In this document: piece after piece, positions 8,851-17,542 of the stretch
Numbering within the stretch: the stretch's first letter is position 1
Layout of the letters: each line of letters opens with the position of its first letter
Assembly (NCBI GenBank): GCA_040377305.1
Contig: JBEIPA010000010.1
Coordinates: forward strand, 32,001-96,000
Reading direction: 5' to 3'
DNA length: 64,000 nt
From: Flavobacteriales bacterium
Lineage (GTDB): Bacteria > Bacteroidota > Bacteroidia > Palsa-965
The notes under the pieces: model-generated
Told to the model about the DNA's origin: nothing
The model's input: the letters and a program-made list of their open reading frames with translations, nothing else
Databases searched by the model: none
Made by a program: the position numbers and the translations under genes

Positions 8851-10890
8851 ATGAAACAAATTTTCGCGCTTCTCTTTGCTTCCTGCCTTTCAGTTCTTGT
8901 TGCGGCACAGAACTACACGATGAGCACTAGTTCCGTGAGCACCTGCTCCGGTGCCTTTTTCGATTCGGGCGGATCTTCTTCAAATTACTACAACAGCGAG
9001 AACGACACAATGACTTTTACCTCATCGAATGGTAACCGTCTTGTTTTCACGTTTGTTTCATTCGATGTGGAAATCTATGATCAGTTAAAGATCTACAATG
9101 GCCCCAGCACTTCATATCAGCTGATTGGTAGTTACTTTTCAAATCCGGGCACGATTACATCAACCGGATCTTCGCTGACTTTCGTATTCACTTCCGACAA
9201 CAGCCAAACGTATTCAGGTTGGGCCGCGTCTATTAATTGTGGCGGTCCGGCAATTCCCTTACATCCACTCACCAGCGGCACAGTTACGTTGTGCGAAGGA
9301 TTATTCTTCGATAGTGGCGGAATGTTCGGGAATTATGGGAACAACGAAGACAGAACAATGACATTCACATCAGCGAGCGGTGAATACCTGAAGTTTGATT
9401 TCAATCCGGCTTACTACAATATCGATGTCAATGATTCTCTGTTCATTTACGACGGCGCTTCCACTTCTGCTCCGTTGTATGCAATTTTCACCGGCTCCAG
9501 CAATTGGCCAGGTACCGTTTCATCGAACACGAACAGCATGACGTTCCGCTTCAAAAGCGATGGAGTAAATAATCACACCGGTTGGCAGGCGTGGATCACG
9601 TGTGTGAATGTTCCTGATAACAACGCATCGATCCCTATGACAAACGGGGTTCGATATGTTTGTAGTGGCGGCTTTTTCGATCCGGGCGGTCCTTACAGCA
9701 ACTACGCCAGCAATGAAGATCGTGTGCAGACTTTCTATTCGAACAGCGGCTGCGGACTCGGATTTACATTCACCCAGTTCCATACCGAAGGGCTGTACGA
9801 TATGTTGTATGTCTACGACGGACCAACGACAGCTTCCCCACTCATCAATGCAGTTTCCGGAGGCGGAGTCCCACCACCAGCTGTAGCGACGGGTAACGCG
9901 CTTACGTTCCGCTTTGTATCCGACGCTACTCAAACCTACCCGGGCTGGGGCGGGTACTTTTTCTGTCCGAACCAACCGACCGTAACAGTAACCGCTAACG
10001 GCCCCACTTCGCTATGCGGTGGGGATACCGTTATCCTGAATGCGTCACCGAATACAAACTATCTCTGGAACACCGGAGAAACAGCACAGAACATGGACGT
10101 TACCACAAGCGGTTCGTATTGGGTAACAGTAACGAATACGTCGAACTGTTCGGCGATATCGCCAATGACAATCGTCAATGTAAGCGCTCCGGCAGCAGTC
10201 GTAACTGCGGGTGGTCCGACAACCTTTTGTCAAGGCGACAGTGTTGCGCTCATTGCAAGCGGTGGGGCCACCTATAGCTGGAGCAACAACAGCACCAACG
10301 ATACACTTAATGTTTCCCAGTCGGGCACGTACTACGTGATTGCGGAGCTCGGCGCGTGTGTGGACACCTCTGCAACCATTACTGTCAATGCAAATCCATT
10401 GCCCGTTGTAGCGCTCTCCTTGCCCATGGATACATTCTGTACTTCCATTCAATTGTTCACACTCAACGGTGGTTCACCGGCAGGAGGTGTGTATTCAGGT
10501 CCTGGCGTTAGCGGTGGACAACTTGATCCGACCGCGGCAGGTACAGGCACACACACGATGACCTACACCTACACCGACGCCAATAGTTGTCTGAATACGG
10601 CAACCCAAAGCTTCGTAGTGGATTTCTGCAACGGCATCGGAACTCCTTCTGGAAACGGCGCACTCAGCGTGTCTCCAAACCCGACCAGTGATCAGCTGTT
10701 GATCACTTTCACCAATGAAAAGGCCGTGAATCAGATTCGGCTTATAGACGTGACCGGGCGTATAGTACTCGAACAATCGACCAACGGACAGGCTCAGGTG
10801 ACGATCTCAATGAAAGCCCTGCCTGCTGGAATGTACTTTCTGCAAACGAGTGGAGGAACAAACGAAACAGTTCGCGTGGTAAAAGAATAA
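8851..10890 (+). CDS. T9SS type-A cargo with three CUB-like domains and Ig-like stalk
   Basis: Signal peptide; three repeats of C.G.FFD.GG...NY...ED.T.TF...D.L.IYDG...F.SD...GW; C-terminal sorting domain (VSPNPTSD...LPAGMYFL...VRVVKE); TATCTTTG promoter at 8821-8828. Confidence 0.88.
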   Translation: MKQIFALLFASCLSVLVAAQNYTMSTSSVSTCSGAFFDSGGSSSNYYNSENDTMTFTSSNGNRLVFTFVSFDVEIYDQLKIYNGPSTSYQLIGSYFSNPGTITSTGSSLTFVFTSDNSQTYSGWAASINCGGPAIPLHPLTSGTVTLCEGLFFDSGGMFGNYGNNEDRTMTFTSASGEYLKFDFNPAYYNIDVNDSLFIYDGASTSAPLYAIFTGSSNWPGTVSSNTNSMTFRFKSDGVNNHTGWQAWITCVNVPDNNASIPMTNGVRYVCSGGFFDPGGPYSNYASNEDRVQTFYSNSGCGLGFTFTQFHTEGLYDMLYVYDGPTTASPLINAVSGGGVPPPAVATGNALTFRFVSDATQTYPGWGGYFFCPNQPTVTVTANGPTSLCGGDTVILNASPNTNYLWNTGETAQNMDVTTSGSYWVTVTNTSNCSAISPMTIVNVSAPAAVVTAGGPTTFCQGDSVALIASGGATYSWSNNSTNDTLNVSQSGTYYVIAELGACVDTSATITVNANPLPVVALSLPMDTFCTSIQLFTLNGGSPAGGVYSGPGVSGGQLDPTAAGTGTHTMTYTYTDANSCLNTATQSFVVDFCNGIGTPSGNGALSVSPNPTSDQLLITFTNEKAVNQIRLIDVTGRIVLEQSTNGQAQVTISMKALPAGMYFLQTSGGTNETVRVVKE

Positions 10891-11186
10891 GCGGCCCCCT
10901 GAAGTACACGACTTCTACTTGACTCGTTACTGCGTTGTAAGTGGAGTACGTGCAGATGCCGTTATGGTCGTGTGACCGTTGTAAAGTATAACGAGTTTCT
11001 ATTGCAGTATAGAAAGTAGTTAATGACTAACATATCATCTGCTGTGTTTCAGCTTATTATGAACAACCTGCCACTCTGTCGTGCATAACTCAACGGCATG
11101 TGAATTGCAGCCTTCGTTTATACAGAATGTTTTCTCTTAATTTTGAAAACAGAAAGAAACCAACACTTATATAAAATCAAATTATT

Positions 11187-11504
11187 ATGGCAATTCAAAT
11201 CACAGACGCCAACTTCGAAGAAGTAGTATTGAAATCAACTAAGCCGGTCCTTGTAGACTTCTGGGCAGAATGGTGCGGACCTTGCAGAATGGTTGGTCCT
11301 ATCGTTGAAGAAATTTCAAACGACTTTGGTGACAAAGCTGTTGTAGGAAAAGTTGACGTTGACAACAATCCTGAAATCTCTATGCGTTTCGGAATCCGCA
11401 ACATCCCGACCATTCTCTTCTTCAAAGGAGGTCAGGTTGTAGACAAGCAAGTTGGAGCGGGTCCAAAGCAGGCGCTTGTGGATAAGCTGAATGCGCACAT
11501 GTAA
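11187..11504 (+). CDS. trxA: Thioredoxin
   Basis: DFWAEWCGPC active site; 105 aa; TAATTTTG promoter at 11138-11145. Confidence 0.97.
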   Translation: MAIQITDANFEEVVLKSTKPVLVDFWAEWCGPCRMVGPIVEEISNDFGDKAVVGKVDVDNNPEISMRFGIRNIPTILFFKGGQVVDKQVGAGPKQALVDKLNAHM

Positions 11505-11505
11505 C

Positions 11506-11577
11506 ATTTGAGATTTGATATTTATGATTTGAGATGTAAAATCACAAATATTAAATATTAAATATTCAATCATAAAT
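11506..11577. repeat. Inverted tandem heptamer array
   Basis: ATTTGAG ATTTGAT ATTTATG ATTTGAG ... ATCACAA ATATTAA ATATTAA ATATTCA ATCATAA. Confidence 0.75.
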
Positions 11578-11580
11578 GAT

Positions 11581-11606
11581 AAGGGGTCCTGAGGGGCTCC
11601 TTTTTT
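11581..11606 (+). terminator. Intrinsic terminator after trxA
   Basis: AAGGGGTCC-TGAG-GGGCTCCTT followed by TTTT. Confidence 0.8.
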
Positions 11607-11733
11607 GTTGGGTCAAAGCCTACACTTGAACGAATAAAGGCTCCGTTCTCCAATTGAAGGTATTTACTTGATCTACAGGTGGACGAAATACGGCTTGAAT
11701 GAATAAATCCGTCGCAGAAATTTCAACCAAAAA

Positions 11734-12405
11734 TTAATGATCGCCAGCAGTAACAGCAACGTTTGGAATCGTTCCCATCGCATACTCATCGAACTTTAGC
11801 GTGAGATCATTTGGTTTGGAGAACTTGATCCAGCCATAGTAATAGTCAGTACCAACTTTACGTGAAATGCCTATGTAATTATCTCCGATCACATCCTGAG
11901 ATGGCGGACTGCCTGGAGCCGCAAATTCAATATCGAAGTAACAGAAGTCATGTGTTGCCCACACGCCCCAGTTCGGTCCGTTGAGTGCATTCACCGTTTG
12001 TGATCCAAAAACTTCTCCAGAGTCAACCAATAACGCGAGATACCACATGGTGTCGCCGGTTTGCAAAAACGAGTAACTCGAATCTAAAATTTGAATTGCC
12101 GTGTGCCGCGCATCGCGATAAGAAGGTGCATACCAAACATGGTAATGAGTCGTTAGGAACAGAAAATCATCATGTCCATCCTGATCGATGTCTAGCGTAT
12201 AAGTTGCAGAAGAATCATAAGGAACTCGTTGACTTGTCCAAACTCTGCTCGAAGAAACAAGCTGATCAGGAATAATATCGTTGTACGTATAAGCCTGTTG
12301 AACAACTAGCGTCGGTGGATACTGAAGAATATCCCGTCTGCAGGAATTGAGGGCTAAAGTTCCAGCAATTGCAATGAACAAGATGAAATAGTTTACTTTC
12401 CTCAT
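11734..12405 (-). CDS. Hypothetical lipoprotein (paralog of the upstream gene)
   Basis: Lipobox LNSC; DIDQDGHDDF (Dx[DN]xDG-type) and YYYGWI motifs. Confidence 0.75.
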   Translation of the reverse strand: MRKVNYFILFIAIAGTLALNSCRRDILQYPPTLVVQQAYTYNDIIPDQLVSSSRVWTSQRVPYDSSATYTLDIDQDGHDDFLFLTTHYHVWYAPSYRDARHTAIQILDSSYSFLQTGDTMWYLALLVDSGEVFGSQTVNALNGPNWGVWATHDFCYFDIEFAAPGSPPSQDVIGDNYIGISRKVGTDYYYGWIKFSKPNDLTLKFDEYAMGTIPNVAVTAGDH

Positions 12406-12466
12406 GGTTATACTAAGCTATGGAAAACCAGATACAATTGACGTTGATTTCGGAAAGACCACTCAC

Positions 12467-13054
12467 TTAACGTACGGCTGTCGTTATCGGTGAATCTGAA
12501 CTGTATGTAAAATCCCGAATACAAACAGTATGGTAATCGTGATAAATCCTGATCCAACCATAATCATAAGTTCCATGGTCGTTTTCTATCCGATATACGA
12601 AGTACTTCTCGCCGGAATAGTTACTTGCATCAGAGTAAGGATGACCTGAAGAAACAAAACTCAAATCTGTTCGTTGCCAATATGTATCTGCACCATAAAT
12701 TTTGTCCCCGGCATTATGTGAACGTGCAGAATTATCGCCGTATTCGATTTCTAAACGAGAGTTTAAGCGTATCAGAGTTCCGGTATATACAATGGGCTGA
12801 GTCAATGGAGAAATAAAATACCTAAACTGCTTGAACTCTACCCTCAAGTCATTAATTCCGTTACCGTCCAGATCAACATCTCTTTGAACAGTCGAGTCAG
12901 TTCTTGCTGGCAATGGCATAGTAGCCGGTGTTGAACACATACAGGAATCAGGGTTGAGGTCCGTGTATTTTGTAACGATGGGAGCTGAATCGTTTTCGCA
13001 GGAAACAAATATTAACAATCCGAATGCTAGGACAGAGCTTACTGTGATTCTCAT
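12467..13054 (-). CDS. Hypothetical lipoprotein
   Basis: Likely start MRITVSS at 13054; lipobox FVSC; DLDGNGINDL and YDYGWI motifs shared with 11734-12405. Confidence 0.75.
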   Translation of the reverse strand: MRITVSSVLAFGLLIFVSCENDSAPIVTKYTDLNPDSCMCSTPATMPLPARTDSTVQRDVDLDGNGINDLRVEFKQFRYFISPLTQPIVYTGTLIRLNSRLEIEYGDNSARSHNAGDKIYGADTYWQRTDLSFVSSGHPYSDASNYSGEKYFVYRIENDHGTYDYGWIRIYHDYHTVCIRDFTYSSDSPITTAVR

Positions 13055-13083
13055 AATATTAAAGATACGTACCTTTAATTTCA

Positions 13084-14010
13084 ATGTCAATAGAACCACA
13101 CAACTTCCAGCAATTCACCCACCTTGAGCTTCTCGCGCGACAAGTGGTGGAAGGATTTATTACGGGTCTGCACAAAAGTCCGTTTCATGGATTTTCGGTG
13201 GAGTTTTCGGAGCATCGCATTTACAATACCGGTGAGCCAACGAAGCATATCGACTGGAAACTGTACGGTCGCAGCGACAAAATGTTTGTGAAGCGTTTCG
13301 AGGAAGAAACGAATTTGCGCTGTCACCTGATTATTGACCATTCGTCTTCGATGTACTTTCCCGAAGATGCACCATCGAAAGAACTCGACAACAAGATTAC
13401 TTTCTCGGTGAAGTGCGCTGCGTCAATGATAGAATTACTGCGCATGCAACGCGATGCAGTTGGACTGACGGTTTTCGCTGAAGAAATTGAAGTTCACACG
13501 CCGGCGAAGTCGACAACATTGCACACCAAGTTGTTGTTTCATGAACTGAATAAGCTCCTCACTCCTATTCCGGAAGAAAACAAGAAGAAAACATTCGCGA
13601 TTGATGCGATGCACCGAATTGCAGAAAGCATTCATCGTCGTTCTTTGGTGATGATATTCAGCGATATGTTTGACTCGAATCAGGACACCGATAAATTGTT
13701 TTCTGCGCTCCAGCATTTGAAGCACAACAAGCACGAGGTGATTCTGTTTCATGTTACCGACAAGAAACACGAAATGGAATTCGAATACGAAAACCGTCCG
13801 TACACTTTTGTCGATATGGAATCGGGTGAAGAAGTGAAAGCGCATCCTGCAGAAGTGAAAGATGCTTATCTCTCCGCGATGCAGAAATTCCACCACGAGC
13901 TAAAACTGAAGTGCGGGCAATACCGCATTGATTTTGTAGAAGCCGATATCAATGAAGGCTATGCCCAGGTGCTGATGCCGTATTTGCTGAAGCGGACCAG
14001 AATGGTCTAG
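13084..14010 (+). CDS. DUF58 family (MoxR-associated vWA-like) protein
   Basis: GLHKSPFHGFSVEFSEHRIYNTGE...HIDWK...VKRFEEETN...IDHSSSM signature. Confidence 0.92.
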   Translation: MSIEPHNFQQFTHLELLARQVVEGFITGLHKSPFHGFSVEFSEHRIYNTGEPTKHIDWKLYGRSDKMFVKRFEEETNLRCHLIIDHSSSMYFPEDAPSKELDNKITFSVKCAASMIELLRMQRDAVGLTVFAEEIEVHTPAKSTTLHTKLLFHELNKLLTPIPEENKKKTFAIDAMHRIAESIHRRSLVMIFSDMFDSNQDTDKLFSALQHLKHNKHEVILFHVTDKKHEMEFEYENRPYTFVDMESGEEVKAHPAEVKDAYLSAMQKFHHELKLKCGQYRIDFVEADINEGYAQVLMPYLLKRTRMV

Positions 14011-14024
14011 CAATCATTTCTTTT

Positions 14025-14092
14025 TCACCACTAAGTTCACTAAGACACAAAGGCTTTGCCTCTTCTTTGTGAACTCCGTGTACTTCGTGGTC
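14025..14092. repeat. Inverted 9-mer-period repeat related to the 4097/4311 repeat family
   Basis: CACCACTAAGTTCACTAAGACACAAAG ... CTTTGTGAACTCCGTGTACTTCGTGGT. Confidence 0.65.
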
Positions 14093-14334
14093 AATATTAT
14101 TCTGTATCCTTTGGACTGCCCGCGGTTATATCTGCAAACCTCCCGGATGAAACAACCTTACGCAACCAAATTGTATCCTCATCATGTTGCGATTCAAAAG
14201 TTGTTTTCTAGTTCCCCATTTTAAAATACGATCAGGATAGCAATCGCGCTTGTTTGGTTTGCACTAATTGCACAACGAACAATTCGGGTTGACCGCACGA
14301 ATTGATAACGGTGTGTGAAATGTGTTTGCCGACT

Positions 14335-14507
14335 ATCGCTTCAACAAACCAGCGAAGGCACGCTTAGATGGCGAAGACTTGCCCAAGCTGGTTATTGGGG
14401 CGACATTCATCCTGACGTAAGGTTTGGATGAATGAGGAAGGATGGCTGTGTGGGAGCCGGAGACTACTACTTGTTTGCTCCCACTCGCCTCTTTCCGTTG
14501 AAGTGAT
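14335..14507 (+). ncRNA. Candidate orphan four-way-junction structured RNA (about 173 nt)
   Basis: Closing stem ATCGCTTCAAC/GTTGAAGTGAT (11 bp); AACCAGC/GCTGGTT; CATTCATCC/GGATGAATG; GGAAGGA/TCTTTCC + GGC/GCC + GTGGGAGC/GCTCCCAC. Followed by a strong hairpin. Confidence 0.55.
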
Positions 14508-14517
14508 TTCTGTTGAA

Positions 14518-14557
14518 ACGCAAAATGCCTGAGTAAAAACTCAGGCATTTATGCGTT
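14518..14557. terminator. Strong, probably bidirectional terminator hairpin
   Basis: AAATGCCTGAGT-AAAA-ACTCAGGCATTT, extended by ACGCA/TGCGT. Confidence 0.75.
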
Positions 14558-14568
14558 CTCACTAAACA

Positions 14569-14589
14569 CCCTTCGACAAGCTCAGGGCA
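14569..14589. repeat. REP-like element (CTTCGACAAGCTCAGG family)
   Basis: CCCTTCGACAAGCTCAGGGCA; a reverse-complement copy lies at 39119-39139 and related copies at 53976-55379. Confidence 0.75.
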
Positions 14590-14672
14590 TGCCTGCACCA
14601 TAGGAGCGTAATGCTCACACGCAGATTTTTAAACTTACGTATCACGATAGATCGCGTGATGAACGTAAGCAA

Positions 14673-15455
14673 CTATTGCAGCTCCGTCACTGTATTCGCG
14701 GAGACAATTATATTTTCAAATACTACTGCCCGATCTGAATCCGGATAGTACACTTTCACGGTGTATGTTCCTGCAGGCAAACCACGCAGAACGAATTCTC
14801 CCGTTGTTCTGTCGGTATATGTTGTAAAAGTTGTGGTAGAATTCAAGTCAGCAATGACCGCAACACTTCCACCGGCCACCACAGTTGTAGTGCCGTGAAT
14901 GGATCCTGCACGTTCCAGAATTACTCCACGAATCACAGGCTTCAGATGGTAATCGCCATTTCCTTGCACATTGATGGAGTGAGCGGCGTCGAAGTCAAGC
15001 ATTAATGTCAGATCACTGCCGTTGCCAATTTCTTCATCCACTTTAATCTTAAGACCGGATGTAGAACTACCCGGTACTATCAACTCATGAGAAATACCAT
15101 TCACTACAATTGTATTTCCATCACCCAGAATCAATCGTATTTCCTGAATTCTTCCCGAAGGAATTTCCTCATTCGCCAGCAGTACATCTGTACCGTTTAC
15201 CAACGTAAGCACGTCGTAAACACCCGCGCCAGTAGAAAGCGAAATCCACTTTTCGGTTCCGCCATCGGGATTAACTTTTACTTCGACTCCAGTAACATCC
15301 AGATAGATTGCATCATAATCATAAGGAGATGGCGCATCCATCATTTTCACATGAATCCTTCCGGTACCACCGTCGGTACGCGTACAGGAAGTTGTTGCAG
15401 TTGCCAATCCTATCAGCAAAACACCTACTGCACTAAATAATCTCGTCGTCTTCAT
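14673..15455 (-). CDS. DUF4382-family lipoprotein with C-terminal carboxypeptidase-regulatory-like domain
   Basis: Lipobox TTSC; VKMMDAP, IRLILG, VPGSSTSGLKI, LDFDAAHSI, YHLKPVIR motifs. Confidence 0.85.
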   Translation of the reverse strand: MKTTRLFSAVGVLLIGLATATTSCTRTDGGTGRIHVKMMDAPSPYDYDAIYLDVTGVEVKVNPDGGTEKWISLSTGAGVYDVLTLVNGTDVLLANEEIPSGRIQEIRLILGDGNTIVVNGISHELIVPGSSTSGLKIKVDEEIGNGSDLTLMLDFDAAHSINVQGNGDYHLKPVIRGVILERAGSIHGTTTVVAGGSVAVIADLNSTTTFTTYTDRTTGEFVLRGLPAGTYTVKVYYPDSDRAVVFENIIVSANTVTELQ

Positions 15456-15522
15456 GGTCTGCGTAATTAAGTTTTGCTATTCGTGAAATGCTGTGCACTC
15501 ACATCGCTTTGGTTAATATTCA

Positions 15523-16038
15523 TTAAAACAACACGCGCACGCTAAATGCACCGTCAACATAAGTATGTGCATGTCCGTAATGGAAATCAATTGCCGGCTT
15601 CAGATCCAGTCCGAGATTCAATGGAATCTCCGTGAAATCGTATTCGAGTCCGATAATTCCGTCAGGTCCGAAACTCGCATGAGACTCCGTGTAGATTACA
15701 TCGCCATGATGATTGTGATTGTGGTGGTGAACACGAACATAATGATTGAACACGCCCAGGTGTGCCCCTAAACCTGCATAGAACTTAAATCCAGGTGCAC
15801 TTGAAAGGGGCGTGTGCCACTCATATAATCCAGTTACTTGTAGTCCACGATAACCCGTATGAAGAATACCTTCAATAGCTCCACGCTCGGTAACAAAATG
15901 TTTAACAGTAATGCCCGGATCGGTTCCGAGTCTTATACCAACCCCAGTCTGTCCCTGTTGTGCGTGCAGTTGGGTAGCTCCTGCAAACAAACACACTGCT
16001 ATCGCAAGCGTGCGGACGTGGTTGTTGAACTTATTCAT
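15523..16038 (-). CDS. Small outer-membrane beta-barrel protein with His-rich loop
   Basis: Signal peptide; GVGIRLG...GITVKHF, GIIGLEYDF...LDLKP; C-terminal F; loop VHHHNHNHHG. Confidence 0.75.
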   Translation of the reverse strand: MNKFNNHVRTLAIAVCLFAGATQLHAQQGQTGVGIRLGTDPGITVKHFVTERGAIEGILHTGYRGLQVTGLYEWHTPLSSAPGFKFYAGLGAHLGVFNHYVRVHHHNHNHHGDVIYTESHASFGPDGIIGLEYDFTEIPLNLGLDLKPAIDFHYGHAHTYVDGAFSVRVLF

Positions 16039-16184
16039 AGCCTTCTGTTTCTAGTACAATTCTACGCCGCCGGCATGCGTGGATATGGAGTTTTCGACCC
16101 TTGAAGATGGTACGTCGATTTGTGGCGCGGTTTTTTAGATGCTTTGGTACGACTAACTAAACCCGAACATAAAAATCTAACGCT

Positions 16185-16889
16185 ATGAGTAATAATGTAA
16201 TCAAGTGCCTGATTGTAGATGATGATGAAATGGTTAGACTGGATCTGGAGTCCCGATTGAGTGCATGGCCAGGAATGCAGGTATTAGCGAGCTGCGGAAC
16301 TGCCATGGATGCATCCAAGCTTCTGGTTGACGGTAACCCCGACCTCATTCTTCTTGATATTAATCTTCCCGGCATGAGCGGATTTTCCTTCGTGGAGAAT
16401 GTGGATCTAAAAGACACGCAGGTAGTTCTTATTACCGGCAATAAGGATCATGCGGCAGACGCGTTCGAGTTTGACGTGACTGACTTTCTGGTAAAACCCT
16501 TCACTGATGCACGCTTTATGAAAGCCATGATGCGCGTTTCAAAGAAAAAGTACATCAATGGAAAAGGCGGCAACGCTGTCGATCACATCTTTGTGAAAGT
16601 GAATTCTGTATTGGAGAAAATAGTCCTTACCGACATTCAGTTCATTGAAGCCATGGCTGACTATGTTTCCATTCAGACCATGACGAAGAAATACACGATT
16701 CACTCAACTATGAAGAGCATCGAGAAGAGCTTGCCGGAGTCTGAATTCATTCGTGTTCACAACTCCTATATCGTTCGTCTCGATCAGATCAGTCGTGTTG
16801 AAGACAATTCTGTGATCATTGGTCAGAAGCTCGTTCCAATCAGCAGAGCGCGTCTGAAGCCCTTAATGGATCGACTCAATCTCCTCTAG
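16185..16889 (+). CDS. LytTR-family response regulator
   Basis: REC domain (IVDDD, LLDINLPGMSG, FLVKP) plus LytTR domain (IQFIEAMADYV, FIRVHNSYIV). Confidence 0.93.
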   Translation: MSNNVIKCLIVDDDEMVRLDLESRLSAWPGMQVLASCGTAMDASKLLVDGNPDLILLDINLPGMSGFSFVENVDLKDTQVVLITGNKDHAADAFEFDVTDFLVKPFTDARFMKAMMRVSKKKYINGKGGNAVDHIFVKVNSVLEKIVLTDIQFIEAMADYVSIQTMTKKYTIHSTMKSIEKSLPESEFIRVHNSYIVRLDQISRVEDNSVIIGQKLVPISRARLKPLMDRLNLL

Positions 16890-16905
16890 TACCGAAATCC
16901 ACTTG

Positions 16906-16949
16906 CAACAAGACATCAGGTAGATGTATTTTACCTGATGTTCTTGTTG
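16906..16949 (+). terminator. Long hairpin after the LytTR gene
   Basis: CAACAAGACATCAGGTA...TACCTGATGTTCTTGTTG. Confidence 0.6.
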
Positions 16950-17172
16950 TTCCTGCCTGTAAAAAATACCCAGTCGCGTACAGGAAATCGCTGATGTTGG
17001 TCTAAGCATCGAATGTTCGGAAGATCATTCCTTAATTAAACGTACAATTGCGTAGTTGTAGTGGCACATAATTTCCCCAGTTCTGTGGATAATATTCCAC
17101 ATATAGTACACAGTGGGAATGCTTTGGACAATGTGCAATAAAAATTAGTGAACACCGTACTAACAAAGGAGT

Positions 17173-17529
17173 ATGATCGGTCACAGTCATCTAAACCTCA
17201 GTTATATCCGCAATCTGTCGGGCGGTAACAACCAATTCCTCGTGCGTATGCTGCAAACTTTTTGCAAAAATGTCCCCCCTGGTATTGATCAGCTTTTGAA
17301 AGCCGCGGATTCCGGAGATTACGACGAAGTAAAGCAGGTTGCGCACAAATTGAAAACTATGTTCCGATACGTTGGTGTAGATCACGTGGCAGAACACCTT
17401 GAGCGGCTAGAATTCCGAAGCCGTGATTTAACAGACACAGAAAGAAAAAATCTGCTTTCTCATATAGAGACCGCATCGAAACGCGCATTAATTGAGGCGC
17501 AGGACGTAATTTTGACTACCCCTGTTTAG
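17173..17529 (+). CDS. Stand-alone Hpt (histidine phosphotransfer) protein
   Basis: LSYIRNLSGGN...VKQVAHKLKTMFRYVG matches the Hpt H-box pattern AHxLK. Confidence 0.85.
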   Translation: MIGHSHLNLSYIRNLSGGNNQFLVRMLQTFCKNVPPGIDQLLKAADSGDYDEVKQVAHKLKTMFRYVGVDHVAEHLERLEFRSRDLTDTERKNLLSHIETASKRALIEAQDVILTTPV

Positions 17530-17542
17530 GGTCAAAAGATAC

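Noticed and set aside
14430-14470. Cobalamin-riboswitch-like 3' words (GAGGAAGG...GAGCCGGAGAC)
   Set aside because: No GGGAA/GGTG-AA-TCC 5' core, no GCCACTG B12 box, and no downstream gene on the same strand.
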